Part shown: in pieces, positions 30,872 to 40,042 of the stretch | How the letters are laid out: every line of letters begins with the position of its first letter | How positions within the stretch are numbered: position 1 is the first letter of the stretch | Source: a bacterium | GTDB lineage: Bacteria; RBG-13-61-14; DATKZS01 | Assembly: GCA_963674965.2 (NCBI GenBank) | Contig: CAXXFL010000001.1 | Location: 1,248,001 to 1,312,000, forward strand | Direction of reading: 5' to 3' | DNA: 64,000 bases | Made by a program: the position numbers and the translations under genes | The notes under the pieces: model-generated | What the model saw: only the letters and a program-made list of their open reading frames with translations | The model's database searches: none | What the model was told of the DNA's origin: nothing

Positions 30872-31336
30872 ATGAAAAAATTTCTTTTTCCCATTTTGTC
30901 GATAATGATCTGTTTTTTCGCGTGCGGCGCCGAAACCAGGGTCGTCCGGGTAATCGACGGCGATACGGTGGTGGTAAAAGAAGGAGCGGAGAAAGTTAGA
31001 ATCCGGCTGATTGGGGTTGACGCTCCTGAAATAGTTCATCCCGATTACGAGAAAAACGATTATTACGGACCCGAGTCCAAAGCCTGCCTGGCCCAAATGA
31101 TCGAGGGAACCACAGTTTTGCTCGTTTACGACGGGCCGGGAAAGAAGCCGAAAAAAGACGACTACGGACGGACTTTAGCCTATATCTATAAAAACGGCGA
31201 GAACGTTAACGCGGCAATGATACAAAAGGGGTGCGCTCGGGCCTACCGAAAGTATCCTCATTCCGAGCGCGATAGGTTCATCGATCTCGAGATGGAGTCA
31301 AAAAAGGCGAAAAGGGGCATGTGGTCGAAAAGGTGA
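30872..31336 (+). CDS. Thermonuclease (SNase) family protein, exported/lipoprotein
   Basis: VIDGDT, IRLIGVDAPE, DDYGRTLAY, AKRGMW. Confidence 0.92.
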   Translation: MKKFLFPILSIMICFFACGAETRVVRVIDGDTVVVKEGAEKVRIRLIGVDAPEIVHPDYEKNDYYGPESKACLAQMIEGTTVLLVYDGPGKKPKKDDYGRTLAYIYKNGENVNAAMIQKGCARAYRKYPHSERDRFIDLEMESKKAKRGMWSKR

Positions 31337-31603
31337 GATGGGGCAATTTGCCGAATCTTGATCCAGGGCATGAAAATTTCAAAGCCGGGCAAAATTTTTT
31401 AACGTTCAAGTTTAAGAAATAATTCTAAATATTACTGATACTTAAAGATAAGCTCAAAATTAAGATCATTTTGCGGAATCCTTTTTTGCGCCGGAGCATC
31501 TAAACTTATAAAGGGAAGCCTCCAAGCTCCCGCCAGGGCCGCGCTTCTAGCCTTGGCCGAGATTTTACGGCGCCATCCGCGCCGGGACTGAAAGGGCCGA
31601 TAA

Positions 31604-31632
31604 TTGACGGCCGAGAAAAGGGTGATTACATT
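31604..31632 (+). promoter_or_regulatory. Sigma70-like promoter of the candidate sRNA
   Basis: TTGACG-17 bp-TACATT. Confidence 0.6.
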
Positions 31633-31637
31633 TAAGC

Positions 31638-31736
31638 TGGAGGCAATACCTCCCTGGACCACTGGGGAAAACCCTGGGTCAAAGCAAGGTCGGCAGGTCT
31701 TTCCTCCTCCTTCTACTGCCGACCTTGCCGTTTATT
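31638..31736 (+). ncRNA. Candidate sRNA of about 100 nt, three hairpins, C/U-rich terminator loop
   Basis: Promoter directly upstream; no ORF; perfect 13-bp stem 31684-96/31716-28 enclosing GTCTTTCCTCCTCCTTCTA; T-rich tail. Confidence 0.55.
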
Positions 31737-32031
31737 GTATTGATGGGAGGTGAAGGCGCGAGTTGCGCTTAGGGACCCGACGCGCTTTCTTCTAAAGAGG
31801 ACGGGTTATTAAGTCAGGGTAACGGCTTCACGTCAAGAAGCGATACAAATTTTCGCGTAATTCCTCATTGCAGTTACTTGCAAGTCTACGGTGGAAACCG
31901 GATACCGGTAAAACGCGGCTGAATAAGAGCAAATTATTTCCTCTATCGTTCTCGTAAGATTCATCCCTTGCCCACATTTAACCTTTTCTTAAAGTCGATT
32001 TTAAGAAAATCAGACCAAGTATTTTAATAGC

Positions 32032-32060
32032 TTGACAATTTTATTTTATTTTGCTAAATT
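32032..32060 (+). promoter_or_regulatory. Sigma70-like promoter for the 32290 gene
   Basis: TTGACA-17 bp-TAAATT with TGn extension in AT-rich context. Confidence 0.55.
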
Positions 32061-32289
32061 GATAGTAAGGTACAGGCAAGGTACATGCTATTAAGGGGAA
32101 GAATCTCTATATTATTAACGAGCATCCCAATTAAGCGGGTTCTTTGCCTGGAAGCGGTTCAGTTATCAACCGGCGAAGGCGTGAAGTATTCGGGCTTTCG
32201 CTCCTGGACGTTGAGGAGATGGCCGGTTCCCAGCCCCGGGAAGCGTCCGTCATCGTTAAGGCTGGGGGCACAAAAAAGGAGTGGGAGGC

Positions 32290-33642
32290 ATGAGTTCTAA
32301 CCATAATAATGGGATCATAAGGCGTTTCGCGCCGCTGGGCATGGCTATCGTCCTGGCGGTAAGTCTCGGTTTCTTCGCGCAGTTGTCGTGCGGTCTTGGC
32401 CAGTCCAGCGATTTCGGCAAGGACGACCTGGACGACACCTCGGCTGAAAACGCGCCCGTCTACGAGGGAGTGGCGGTTACCTTGACAGGCGACTCTCTGC
32501 TCGGCGCCTTGGCCGTGGCCGACAACGGCGAGATCATGGCGGCTATAAACGATTATATTACGGACCCCAATACCGGCGCGGAATTGTTTGTCGGCTACAA
32601 GGGCGTTATATGGTACGACCCGGCAAGCGGCAATTATTTCATACTCTATTACGATTCGGGATCACCGGTATTAAGTTACGTGGATCAATATCTGTTCTTT
32701 ATGATGAACTTCTCCTCCATGGGCGTCGACATGGCCGTGCTCGAGCCGGAGTCCCTGGGTGGACAGATCGAGACGGCGCGGTCCACGCCCTACATGAGTT
32801 TTCAGCTTTTCAACTCCTCCCGTTCAGCCTACAGCCTCTACTCATTAGGTGGAGTTTTCCGTAGCGCCGCCATCGGCATGAACCTTCACGCCTGCACCCT
32901 CGAGTATTACGGGGGCGACAATTTCACCTCCATACCGGCTTACTATTACCCGTGCACCGAGGCCGCGCCCATTACGGGCCCTCAATCGGGCAATACTCTT
33001 ATCACCGGCAAGGCCGGAATGATCGCCTATCTTTCCCAGTTGGGCCCGGCTGACGAAACGGGACTTACCCTTACCAAAAGGGTGTTCGAGTCCGAGATGT
33101 GCACTACTCCCCTCGATGAATGCATCGAAGCCTATCTTGCGCAGGTCAGGCCCATAGTGCTGGACGCGAATACCGACGTAGGCGACGCCGGCATGACCCT
33201 TAGGTTGGCCCAGGGCTCCCTCGAGTACGGCTCGGGCGATATTCAGGTCACCCTGGCATGGGACACGGACACCGACGTTGACCTGCACGTATTCGATCCG
33301 AATTTCACCGGTACTGAAGCACCTGGGACCTCTGGGGACGGGCATATCTATTTCGCCCAGAAAACCGCCAACTCGGGCGGAAAGTTGGACGTTGACGATA
33401 TCAACGGATTAGGACCCGAAAATATCTATTGGAACGCGGGCGCCGCTATTAACGGCAACTACAGGGTCTACGTGTTTTACTGGTCTGATTACGTCGAACC
33501 CCCCGCCGCTATCACTACCAACTACAGGGTGCTGGTCAAGAGCGGAGAATACTTCAAAACCTTTGACGGAGACCTCCTCGTGGATGGAGCGGATTGGGAT
33601 TCTATCGTGACATTCCCCTGGCCCGCCGTTGCCTTTCCCTGA
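32290..33642 (+). CDS. Lipoprotein with C-terminal YfaP/DUF2135-like domain
   Basis: Signal peptide ending QLSC; IQVTLAWDTDTDVDLHVFDP, LDVDDINGLGPENI, G.YRVYVFY. Confidence 0.78.
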   Translation: MSSNHNNGIIRRFAPLGMAIVLAVSLGFFAQLSCGLGQSSDFGKDDLDDTSAENAPVYEGVAVTLTGDSLLGALAVADNGEIMAAINDYITDPNTGAELFVGYKGVIWYDPASGNYFILYYDSGSPVLSYVDQYLFFMMNFSSMGVDMAVLEPESLGGQIETARSTPYMSFQLFNSSRSAYSLYSLGGVFRSAAIGMNLHACTLEYYGGDNFTSIPAYYYPCTEAAPITGPQSGNTLITGKAGMIAYLSQLGPADETGLTLTKRVFESEMCTTPLDECIEAYLAQVRPIVLDANTDVGDAGMTLRLAQGSLEYGSGDIQVTLAWDTDTDVDLHVFDPNFTGTEAPGTSGDGHIYFAQKTANSGGKLDVDDINGLGPENIYWNAGAAINGNYRVYVFYWSDYVEPPAAITTNYRVLVKSGEYFKTFDGDLLVDGADWDSIVTFPWPAVAFP

Positions 33643-33665
33643 TAATTAATAGCCACGAAAGAACC

Positions 33666-33697
33666 GGGGCGACGTCAACTGGCGCCGCCCCTTTTTT
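33666..33697 (+). terminator. Rho-independent terminator
   Basis: GGGGCG...CGCCCC stem followed by TTTTTT. Confidence 0.7.
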
Positions 33698-33711
33698 CTT
33701 CCGCCTCACGG

Positions 33712-34308
33712 CTAAAAAATTATCATTTCCTCGCCCGTCCAGATAACGGCCACGATCTTGGCCTCCTTGTCTCCATGGCGGGCCACGCGGTGGGGTATGT
33801 TCGAGTCGTAGTAAATCGAGTCTCCCTCTTTAAGTATCTCCGAGGCCTCGCCCAGGATGACCTCGATCTCCCCCTCGAGCACGAAGATGAACTCCTCCCC
33901 CGCGTGCTGGTTAAGGTCGGTCTGGGGGACCTCCGCCTCCGTAAGGGTAACCACGAAGGGCTCCATTTTCCTGTTCTTCTTGGCGAAACCCAGGGCCTCG
34001 TAGGAGTAGCCGTAGCTAAGGCCCTCGGTGGAGGCGAACCTGCTGGCGACGGGACGGTCGTCTCGACGCACGAGGCAAAAAGGAGACTCGGCCTGGTCGG
34101 AAAAAAACATGCCCGTGGGTATCCCCATGGCCTTGGCCAGCCGAATAAGAGTTCCAAGCGGAGGCGATACCATATGGTTCTCAATCTGGGAAAGCACCGA
34201 GCTGGAGATGCCGCTTCGTTTGGCGACTTCGTCCAGGCTAAGGGCCTTATCCTCTCTTAAAAGTTTAATCCTCTCGCCAACTTTGACCTCATCGCGGGGG
34301 TTGGACAT
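33712..34308 (-). CDS. XRE-family HTH plus cupin transcriptional regulator
   Basis: LSQIEN..SPPLGTL HTH; MEPF, HAGEEFIFVLEG, GDSIYYDS.IPH. Confidence 0.92.
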   Translation of the reverse strand: MSNPRDEVKVGERIKLLREDKALSLDEVAKRSGISSSVLSQIENHMVSPPLGTLIRLAKAMGIPTGMFFSDQAESPFCLVRRDDRPVASRFASTEGLSYGYSYEALGFAKKNRKMEPFVVTLTEAEVPQTDLNQHAGEEFIFVLEGEIEVILGEASEILKEGDSIYYDSNIPHRVARHGDKEAKIVAVIWTGEEMIIF

Positions 34309-34371
34309 GGTAAACCTCCATTGGACAAAAAGTGTTGATTCGGCGGGTCCGGGTTTTTAAACGGAGCCGCG

Positions 34372-34920
34372 CTATTTCCCGTTGTTGCAAAGCTCGAGGC
34401 CCTTGCCGATGGCCTCCATGTTCTTGGGAATGAACTTCCTGTTGCGCTCGGACAACGCCGCGGCCATGCCTTCCTCGATAGACTCGACCTTGACCGCGCC
34501 GGTCCGGCCCACGTAAAGGCCAAGGGCGATCATGTTCGCAAGACGCGTGTTCCCCATCTCGGCGGCCATCTCGTTGAAGGGATGGGCCTCCAGTATAACG
34601 TCCTTTCTCGTCATCATCGAGGCCGGCACCAGGGAGCCGTTAACGATAAGAAGACCATCGGGCAACACCTTGCCCTCGTACAGCCTGAAAGCCTTGGTGC
34701 TCATGGTGATCATGGCCTGGGGGGTAGTGACCGCCGGGCTTCCAACTGGAAGGTCCGACATAACGACCGTGCAGTTGGCGTTTCCACCCCGCATCTCGAC
34801 CCCGTAGCTGGGCAAAAAAGTAACCTCGCGTCCCTCGGCCAGGGCCGCCTCCGCGATGATGTTGCCTATCAGCAAAATTCCCTGACCGCCGTCGCCGGCA
34901 ATAAACACGTCGTTTATCAT
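34372..34920 (-). CDS. 2-oxoacid:ferredoxin oxidoreductase gamma subunit
   Basis: AGDGGQGI, PSYGVEMRGG, ANMIALG. Confidence 0.92.
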   Translation of the reverse strand: MINDVFIAGDGGQGILLIGNIIAEAALAEGREVTFLPSYGVEMRGGNANCTVVMSDLPVGSPAVTTPQAMITMSTKAFRLYEGKVLPDGLLIVNGSLVPASMMTRKDVILEAHPFNEMAAEMGNTRLANMIALGLYVGRTGAVKVESIEEGMAAALSERNRKFIPKNMEAIGKGLELCNNGK

Positions 34921-34959
34921 GCTTCTTCTCCGATCCTGGACCTTTCCCGCCGGGCCTTC

Positions 34960-35739
34960 CTAGAGGTGCTCGGCTTCCTTTTTATCCTTAAATACTCCCA
35001 GCGGGAAATAAGGTATCATCTCTTCGGCAACCCTTTCCATGGCCCGGGCGGGCGTCATGCCCCAGTCGGTGGGACAGGCGGACAAGACCTCGACGAAGCC
35101 AAAGCCGTCCCTTTCCACCTGGGCCTCGAAGGCCTGGAAGATAAGCTTCCTGGCCCGTTTCAGGTTGGCCGGCTTATTCACGGCGGCCCGGGCCACGAAG
35201 GACGGCCCCTCCATGACGGCGAGAATCTCGCACATCCGCATGGGGTATCCGGCCCCGTGCCAGTCCCGTCCGTAAGGAGACGTCGTTGTCACCTGGCCGA
35301 GCAAGGTTGTGGGCGCCATCTGGCCTCCCGTCATGCCGTAGGTGGTGTTGTTGACGAAGACCACGGTCATTTTCTCGCCTCGGTTGGCGGCGTGGATAAT
35401 CTCGGCCGTGCCGATGGCCGCCAGGTCTCCGTCTCCCTGGTATGTGAACACGTACTTGTCAGGGAGGGCCCTTCTAAGTCCCGTGGCCACCGCCGGCGCC
35501 CGGCCGTGAGGGGCCTCGACCACGTCGGTCTTGATATAGTTGTAAAGGAAAACCGAGCAGCCCACGCTGGCGGCGCCTACCGTCCTTTCACGGATACCGA
35601 AATGATCGATGGCCTCGGCCACCAGACGATGGATTATCCCGTGGTTGCAGCCGGGGCAAAAGTGGGTGGGAACGTCGCAAAGCGACTCGGGACGAGGGTT
35701 CTTAAGTTTCAAGGCGGTTTCGCTCATTTTCTTCTCCAT
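34960..35739 (-). CDS. 2-oxoacid:ferredoxin oxidoreductase beta (TPP-binding) subunit, Vor type
   Basis: [38 protein letters not shown]. Confidence 0.92.
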   Translation of the reverse strand: MEKKMSETALKLKNPRPESLCDVPTHFCPGCNHGIIHRLVAEAIDHFGIRERTVGAASVGCSVFLYNYIKTDVVEAPHGRAPAVATGLRRALPDKYVFTYQGDGDLAAIGTAEIIHAANRGEKMTVVFVNNTTYGMTGGQMAPTTLLGQVTTTSPYGRDWHGAGYPMRMCEILAVMEGPSFVARAAVNKPANLKRARKLIFQAFEAQVERDGFGFVEVLSACPTDWGMTPARAMERVAEEMIPYFPLGVFKDKKEAEHL

Positions 35740-35755
35740 GGCCGGGACCTAAAAG

Positions 35756-36823
35756 TCATCCCGGATAGGCCTCCATGATCTCGTGATAAATATCGTCCGG
35801 CGTGGGAAGAGAACCCGCGCCGTTGGGCCGGCCGTAAAAATTGATCTTAGCCTTCCTGCCCGCCGACATACGAACGTCCTCCAGGAGTTGGCCCGTGCTA
35901 AGCTCGGTGACCAAAAAGGTCTTGCCCGCGTCGGCAAGCTCGGCGATGGCGTCCTCCGGGAAAGGGCAGATAGTGATGGGCCGAAGCAGGCCGACCTTTT
36001 TTCCCTCGGATCGCGCCCGGTCGATCGAGGTCTTGCTGATCCGGGCGGGGCTGCCGAAGGCGACCACCACCAACTCGGCGTCGTCGAGTTTATACCTCTC
36101 GAAGCGAGTCTCCTTGTCCTTGATTTCCAGGAACTTTTTATGCAGCTTCCAGCAATGGGCCTCGAGCTCGCCCTCCCCAAGGTAAAGGGACTTGACCACG
36201 CGAGGGTCCCTGCCCTCGGCGCCCGTCGTAATCCAATCCTTTCCCGGCAGGGGCGGGAACTCGGGCGCGCTCGTGTCAACGGCTTCCTTCATCTGACCGA
36301 GCATGGCGTCGGCCAGAACGATAACGGGCGTACGGTAGCGCTGGGAAAGGTCGAAGGCGAGAATGGTATGGTCCCACATCTCCTGGACCGACGCCGGCGC
36401 CAGCGCGGGAGTGCGGTAATCCCCGTGGCCGCCGCCCCGGGTGGCCTGGAAATAGTCTCCCTGGCTGGGTGAGATGCCTCCCAGGCCGGGACCCGAGCGC
36501 TGAACGTTAACGATAACGCCCGGCACCTCCGAGCCAGCCATGTAAGAGATACCCTCCTGCATTAATGATATGCCGGGGCCCGAGCTGGAGGTCATGACCT
36601 TGACCCCAGCGCTGCCCGCGCCCAGCAGCATGTTGATCGAGGCCACCTCGCTCTCGGCCTGAAGAAAAACGCCGCCAAGCTTTGGAAAGGCCCGGCTTAA
36701 ATACTCGGGTATCTCGGACTGGGGAGTGATCGGGTAGCCGAAATAATAGCGGCAGCCGGCCTCGATGGCCGCCATGGCGACGGCGTCGTTGCCCTTGATA
36801 AGTTTCTTTTTCTTTTTGTCCAT
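35756..36823 (-). CDS. vorB: 2-oxoacid (2-oxoisovalerate):ferredoxin oxidoreductase alpha subunit, VorB type
   Basis: KGNDAVA, GYPITPQSE, QAESE, TSSSGPG, GGGHGDY. Confidence 0.88.
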   Translation of the reverse strand: MDKKKKKLIKGNDAVAMAAIEAGCRYYFGYPITPQSEIPEYLSRAFPKLGGVFLQAESEVASINMLLGAGSAGVKVMTSSSGPGISLMQEGISYMAGSEVPGVIVNVQRSGPGLGGISPSQGDYFQATRGGGHGDYRTPALAPASVQEMWDHTILAFDLSQRYRTPVIVLADAMLGQMKEAVDTSAPEFPPLPGKDWITTGAEGRDPRVVKSLYLGEGELEAHCWKLHKKFLEIKDKETRFERYKLDDAELVVVAFGSPARISKTSIDRARSEGKKVGLLRPITICPFPEDAIAELADAGKTFLVTELSTGQLLEDVRMSAGRKAKINFYGRPNGAGSLPTPDDIYHEIMEAYPG

Positions 36824-36876
36824 CCGGTTCCACCAAAATTTTTATCGATTATTAGGCAAGAGGAAAAGGACCGGGC

Positions 36877-37080
36877 CTACTTATAGACCTCGATGGCCGT
36901 GTCCGGGCACATGTCGGCGCAGACGCCGCAACCGGTGCATTCTTCCTCGTTGTCCTGGCGGCAGAAGAAATAACCAGAGGAGTTCATCTCGTCTCCTATT
37001 ACCAGGCAGCCCTTGGTGCAAAAGGTCACGCAAAGGCCGCATTCCTTGCACCTCTCCTTGTTAATCAAAACCTTCGCCAT
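36877..37080 (-). CDS. 2x[4Fe-4S] ferredoxin (delta subunit)
   Basis: CKECGLCVTFC and CTGCGVCADMCP. Confidence 0.92.
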   Translation of the reverse strand: MAKVLINKERCKECGLCVTFCTKGCLVIGDEMNSSGYFFCRQDNEEECTGCGVCADMCPDTAIEVYK

Positions 37081-37190
37081 ATTGATTCCCTATTATTATC
37101 TTTATTGCATTATCCGAACGTTATAGAAAAGCTCGGCGTCACGGCGGCTTTTGGTTTCGGACCAGACGGTAAACCGACGGGTTAATGATA

Positions 37191-38396
37191 TCAGGAAAAT
37201 ACTTGGCTTTCCAAAAGAAGCGGGGCCGAAAGAGTCTCGGCCGACCGGGTCGCCGCGTTTTTCTCGTTAAAACCGCCTTGATGGGCGGGGCCCTGGGCCA
37301 GGTCATCTCTCGAGGCCACGGCGTAGGGGACCGCCCCTCCCCGGTGGCCCCTTTCCCTGACCGGCGTTTCGTGGTCGGGAAGGAGAAGGACCCTGTAGTC
37401 GTCGAATTTTGTCAGCCCCTCGAGCACCGTTCCCACCGCTCTTTTATCGAAATCCTCGATGGCCTTGATTTTCAGGTCCAGGTCTCCCTCGTGCCCGGCC
37501 TCGTCCGGGGCCTCGACGTGAAGAAATACAAAGTCCACTTCCTCGAGCACCTCGAGAACGGCCATGGCCTTGCCCTCATAGTCGGTATCCACGTAGCCCG
37601 TCGCGCCGGGGACCTCGACTATCTTCATCTTCAACATGCGGGCCAGCCCTCGAATGAGGTCAACTCCCGTGACCACGGCGCTCGAAAGCCCGTGCCTCTC
37701 TGAAAAGGGCGGCAGGGCCGCGGGCCGGCCCATGCCCCAGAACCAGACGCCGTTAATCGGAGGCTTGCCCAATTTCTTTCTCGCCTGGTTGACGGGATGG
37801 TCCTTTAAAAGGTCGATGGCCTTTTGCTGAAGACCCTCGATGAATTCTCCGCCCGGGCCAGAGGGAGCAATGTCCCGTATAGGCTTTCCCGCGTAGTCGT
37901 GAGGCGGCTTTAAGTCGGGGGAACCGTCAAAGCCCGTCACGAGGCACAGGTTTCTGAAACTTACTCCGGGCACGAACTTGACGTCCTTGCCCGCCATCAT
38001 GGTCTTGATGGTCTCGATGATGGCCCTTTGTTCGTCCCAGGTGGGATGGCCGCCGCTGTAATCGGCCATAACAAGCTCGCCGTCCTTGTGGGCCAGGCTG
38101 ACAAGGTTCATACGAAAGGCCACTTGCCCGGGCTTGAGAGTTATGCCCAGAGCGGCGGCCTCGATGGCCGCCCGGCCCGTGTAGTACATATCCGGGTCGA
38201 AGCCCAATATGGACATGTTCGCCACGTCGCTGCCCGGTTCCATACCGGCGGGCACCGTCTCGACCAGGCCCAGCCGGCCCGAGTCGGCGATCAGGTCCAT
38301 GTTAGGAGTATCGGCCAACTCGAGAGGCGTTTTGTTGTCCCGTTCGGATTGGGGGTCGTCGGCCATGCCGTCGCCCAGTAATACAATGTATTTCAT
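37191..38396 (-). CDS. Cofactor-independent phosphoglycerate mutase (ApgM type)
   Basis: MKYIVLLGDGMAD, TPLELADTPNMD, GSDVAN, HVEAPDEAGH, PDHETP; start moved to ATG 38396. Confidence 0.88.
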   Translation of the reverse strand: MKYIVLLGDGMADDPQSERDNKTPLELADTPNMDLIADSGRLGLVETVPAGMEPGSDVANMSILGFDPDMYYTGRAAIEAAALGITLKPGQVAFRMNLVSLAHKDGELVMADYSGGHPTWDEQRAIIETIKTMMAGKDVKFVPGVSFRNLCLVTGFDGSPDLKPPHDYAGKPIRDIAPSGPGGEFIEGLQQKAIDLLKDHPVNQARKKLGKPPINGVWFWGMGRPAALPPFSERHGLSSAVVTGVDLIRGLARMLKMKIVEVPGATGYVDTDYEGKAMAVLEVLEEVDFVFLHVEAPDEAGHEGDLDLKIKAIEDFDKRAVGTVLEGLTKFDDYRVLLLPDHETPVRERGHRGGAVPYAVASRDDLAQGPAHQGGFNEKNAATRSAETLSAPLLLESQVFS

Positions 38397-38542
38397 TACA
38401 GGTACCAGGACCGCCTTTATCAATAAGATAAGATCGATTATCAAGTATAGCGTTATTGTCGTGATTTCGCCAGCTTGGAACTTTCATTCTCGCCGTCCCT
38501 CCGGGATGGTCCCTTCGGACGGCCCATAAATAACGCGGTTAA

Positions 38543-39886
38543 CTATCGATATCCGATGGAGGCGGTTAGGGTCGGGGTCTCGTGAATTTTTCCGGCCGCC
38601 AGGATCGAGTCCATTTTCGCGCCCACCGCCATGGCGACTACTCGTCCGCTTCCTTTTGGCGTCTTCAGCGCGTATCCGGCGGGGATGGGGACCCAGCCCT
38701 TTTCTATGGGCTTTGTCCAGCCGGGGTTATATAGGACCAGCATCCGGGGCTCCATTCCGATCTTCCTTGAAAGCTCGGCCAGGGTATAAGCCCGGGGAAG
38801 CTTCACCAGATCGTAGCTGGAGGGATCGGGAGCATAAGATTTGATCTTATTTCCCGCGATAATTTTCTCCGCCCGGATAACGCCCAGAAGCCTGGCGTAA
38901 AAGTTCTCGACCGCGTAACCGAAGGCCGCGTGATTGTAGCGATCCAAGACCTCGATCAAGGTGTCGGACCCGGTCCTTTTTACGGCCCGGGCCATGCGGT
39001 TGGTTCCCGCGTTGTAGGCCGTGACCGCCAGGGGCCAAGACCCGAGACGCTCATGGCCGTCCGCGAGGATGTCCGCCGCCATCTCCGCGCCTTTAAGCGG
39101 ATTTCGCCTCTCGTCGATCACGTCGTTGATGACCATGCGGGGACGGGCCGTCCCATAGAGTATCTGCCACGCGCCGGCGGCGCCCCTGCTCGAGAGCGCG
39201 TCCCGATCGAACATGCTCTCAACGTAAACCAGCCGGGTCAGGGAAGCGGGCATGCCGCGCCTGGTAAAAGTCCTTTCCATGGCGGGCATGTAGGGGGCCG
39301 CCCTGGTAATGGCGGACTCGAGCTCGTTGCGTCGGCCGCGAAGAACGCCGATGGCCCCGCTCCGAGCGGCCAGGGCGAAGCGGTCGCGTCCGGGCACGCG
39401 GTCGAATTTATGGTAGAGTTTTAAAAGCTCCTCGGCGTCGCTCTTTTCACGGATCGCGGCGACGGGGTCTGGACAGTGGTTGACCACGTCGTGAAGAACG
39501 TAAAGTCTCGCTCGAAGCCTGGCCAGGGCGCGGTCTTTTCCGCGCGGCCGGTCGGACACGTCGAAATAGATTATGGATGGGTGGTCGCGGTTGAACGCGA
39601 TTAAACGAGAATGGTCGTATTTTCCGTAAACGGCCTCCCAAAGCCTCACTTTTTCGCGGAGCTCGCGAGGAAGGGGAAGCCCGTCCACCTTGTCGGCCGC
39701 CATAATGAAAGCGGCTTCGGCCTCGAGAGAATCGACCAGCTTCCCATCCGGTCTTAGGGGAACCGCCATCGAGGCCGAACCGACGGCGTGCTTTACAACC
39801 GCCCTGGCGTCCGGCCGGGAGGCGTCAAGCCCGAAGGCCAGCAAAGCCGCGGCGATGGCCAGTATGATTCTGGTTTTAATTCTCAT
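38543..39886 (-). CDS. Lytic transglycosylase (MltD-like SLT, degenerate LysM)
   Basis: VESMF..ALS..GAAGAWQ, DERR, WPLAVTAYNAG; signal peptide. Confidence 0.85.
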   Translation of the reverse strand: MRIKTRIILAIAAALLAFGLDASRPDARAVVKHAVGSASMAVPLRPDGKLVDSLEAEAAFIMAADKVDGLPLPRELREKVRLWEAVYGKYDHSRLIAFNRDHPSIIYFDVSDRPRGKDRALARLRARLYVLHDVVNHCPDPVAAIREKSDAEELLKLYHKFDRVPGRDRFALAARSGAIGVLRGRRNELESAITRAAPYMPAMERTFTRRGMPASLTRLVYVESMFDRDALSSRGAAGAWQILYGTARPRMVINDVIDERRNPLKGAEMAADILADGHERLGSWPLAVTAYNAGTNRMARAVKRTGSDTLIEVLDRYNHAAFGYAVENFYARLLGVIRAEKIIAGNKIKSYAPDPSSYDLVKLPRAYTLAELSRKIGMEPRMLVLYNPGWTKPIEKGWVPIPAGYALKTPKGSGRVVAMAVGAKMDSILAAGKIHETPTLTASIGYR

Positions 39887-40042
39887 ATAATGGTTTCGTC
39901 GGCCAGGGGAAGATATAATAATTTTGTCTTCGACGTAAGGCGCGATCTTCGAGCGTGGCGGCGGCTGGCTTTCGAACTTGTAACAATCGCGGCGAACGGG
40001 AGCTCGTCGTGGAATACCCCTTGCAATTTAGAGATTAAGCTC

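Noticed and set aside
32061-32289. c-di-GMP or other known riboswitch in the long leader
   Set aside because: Characteristic conserved motifs were not found by eye; kept only as an unclassified leader
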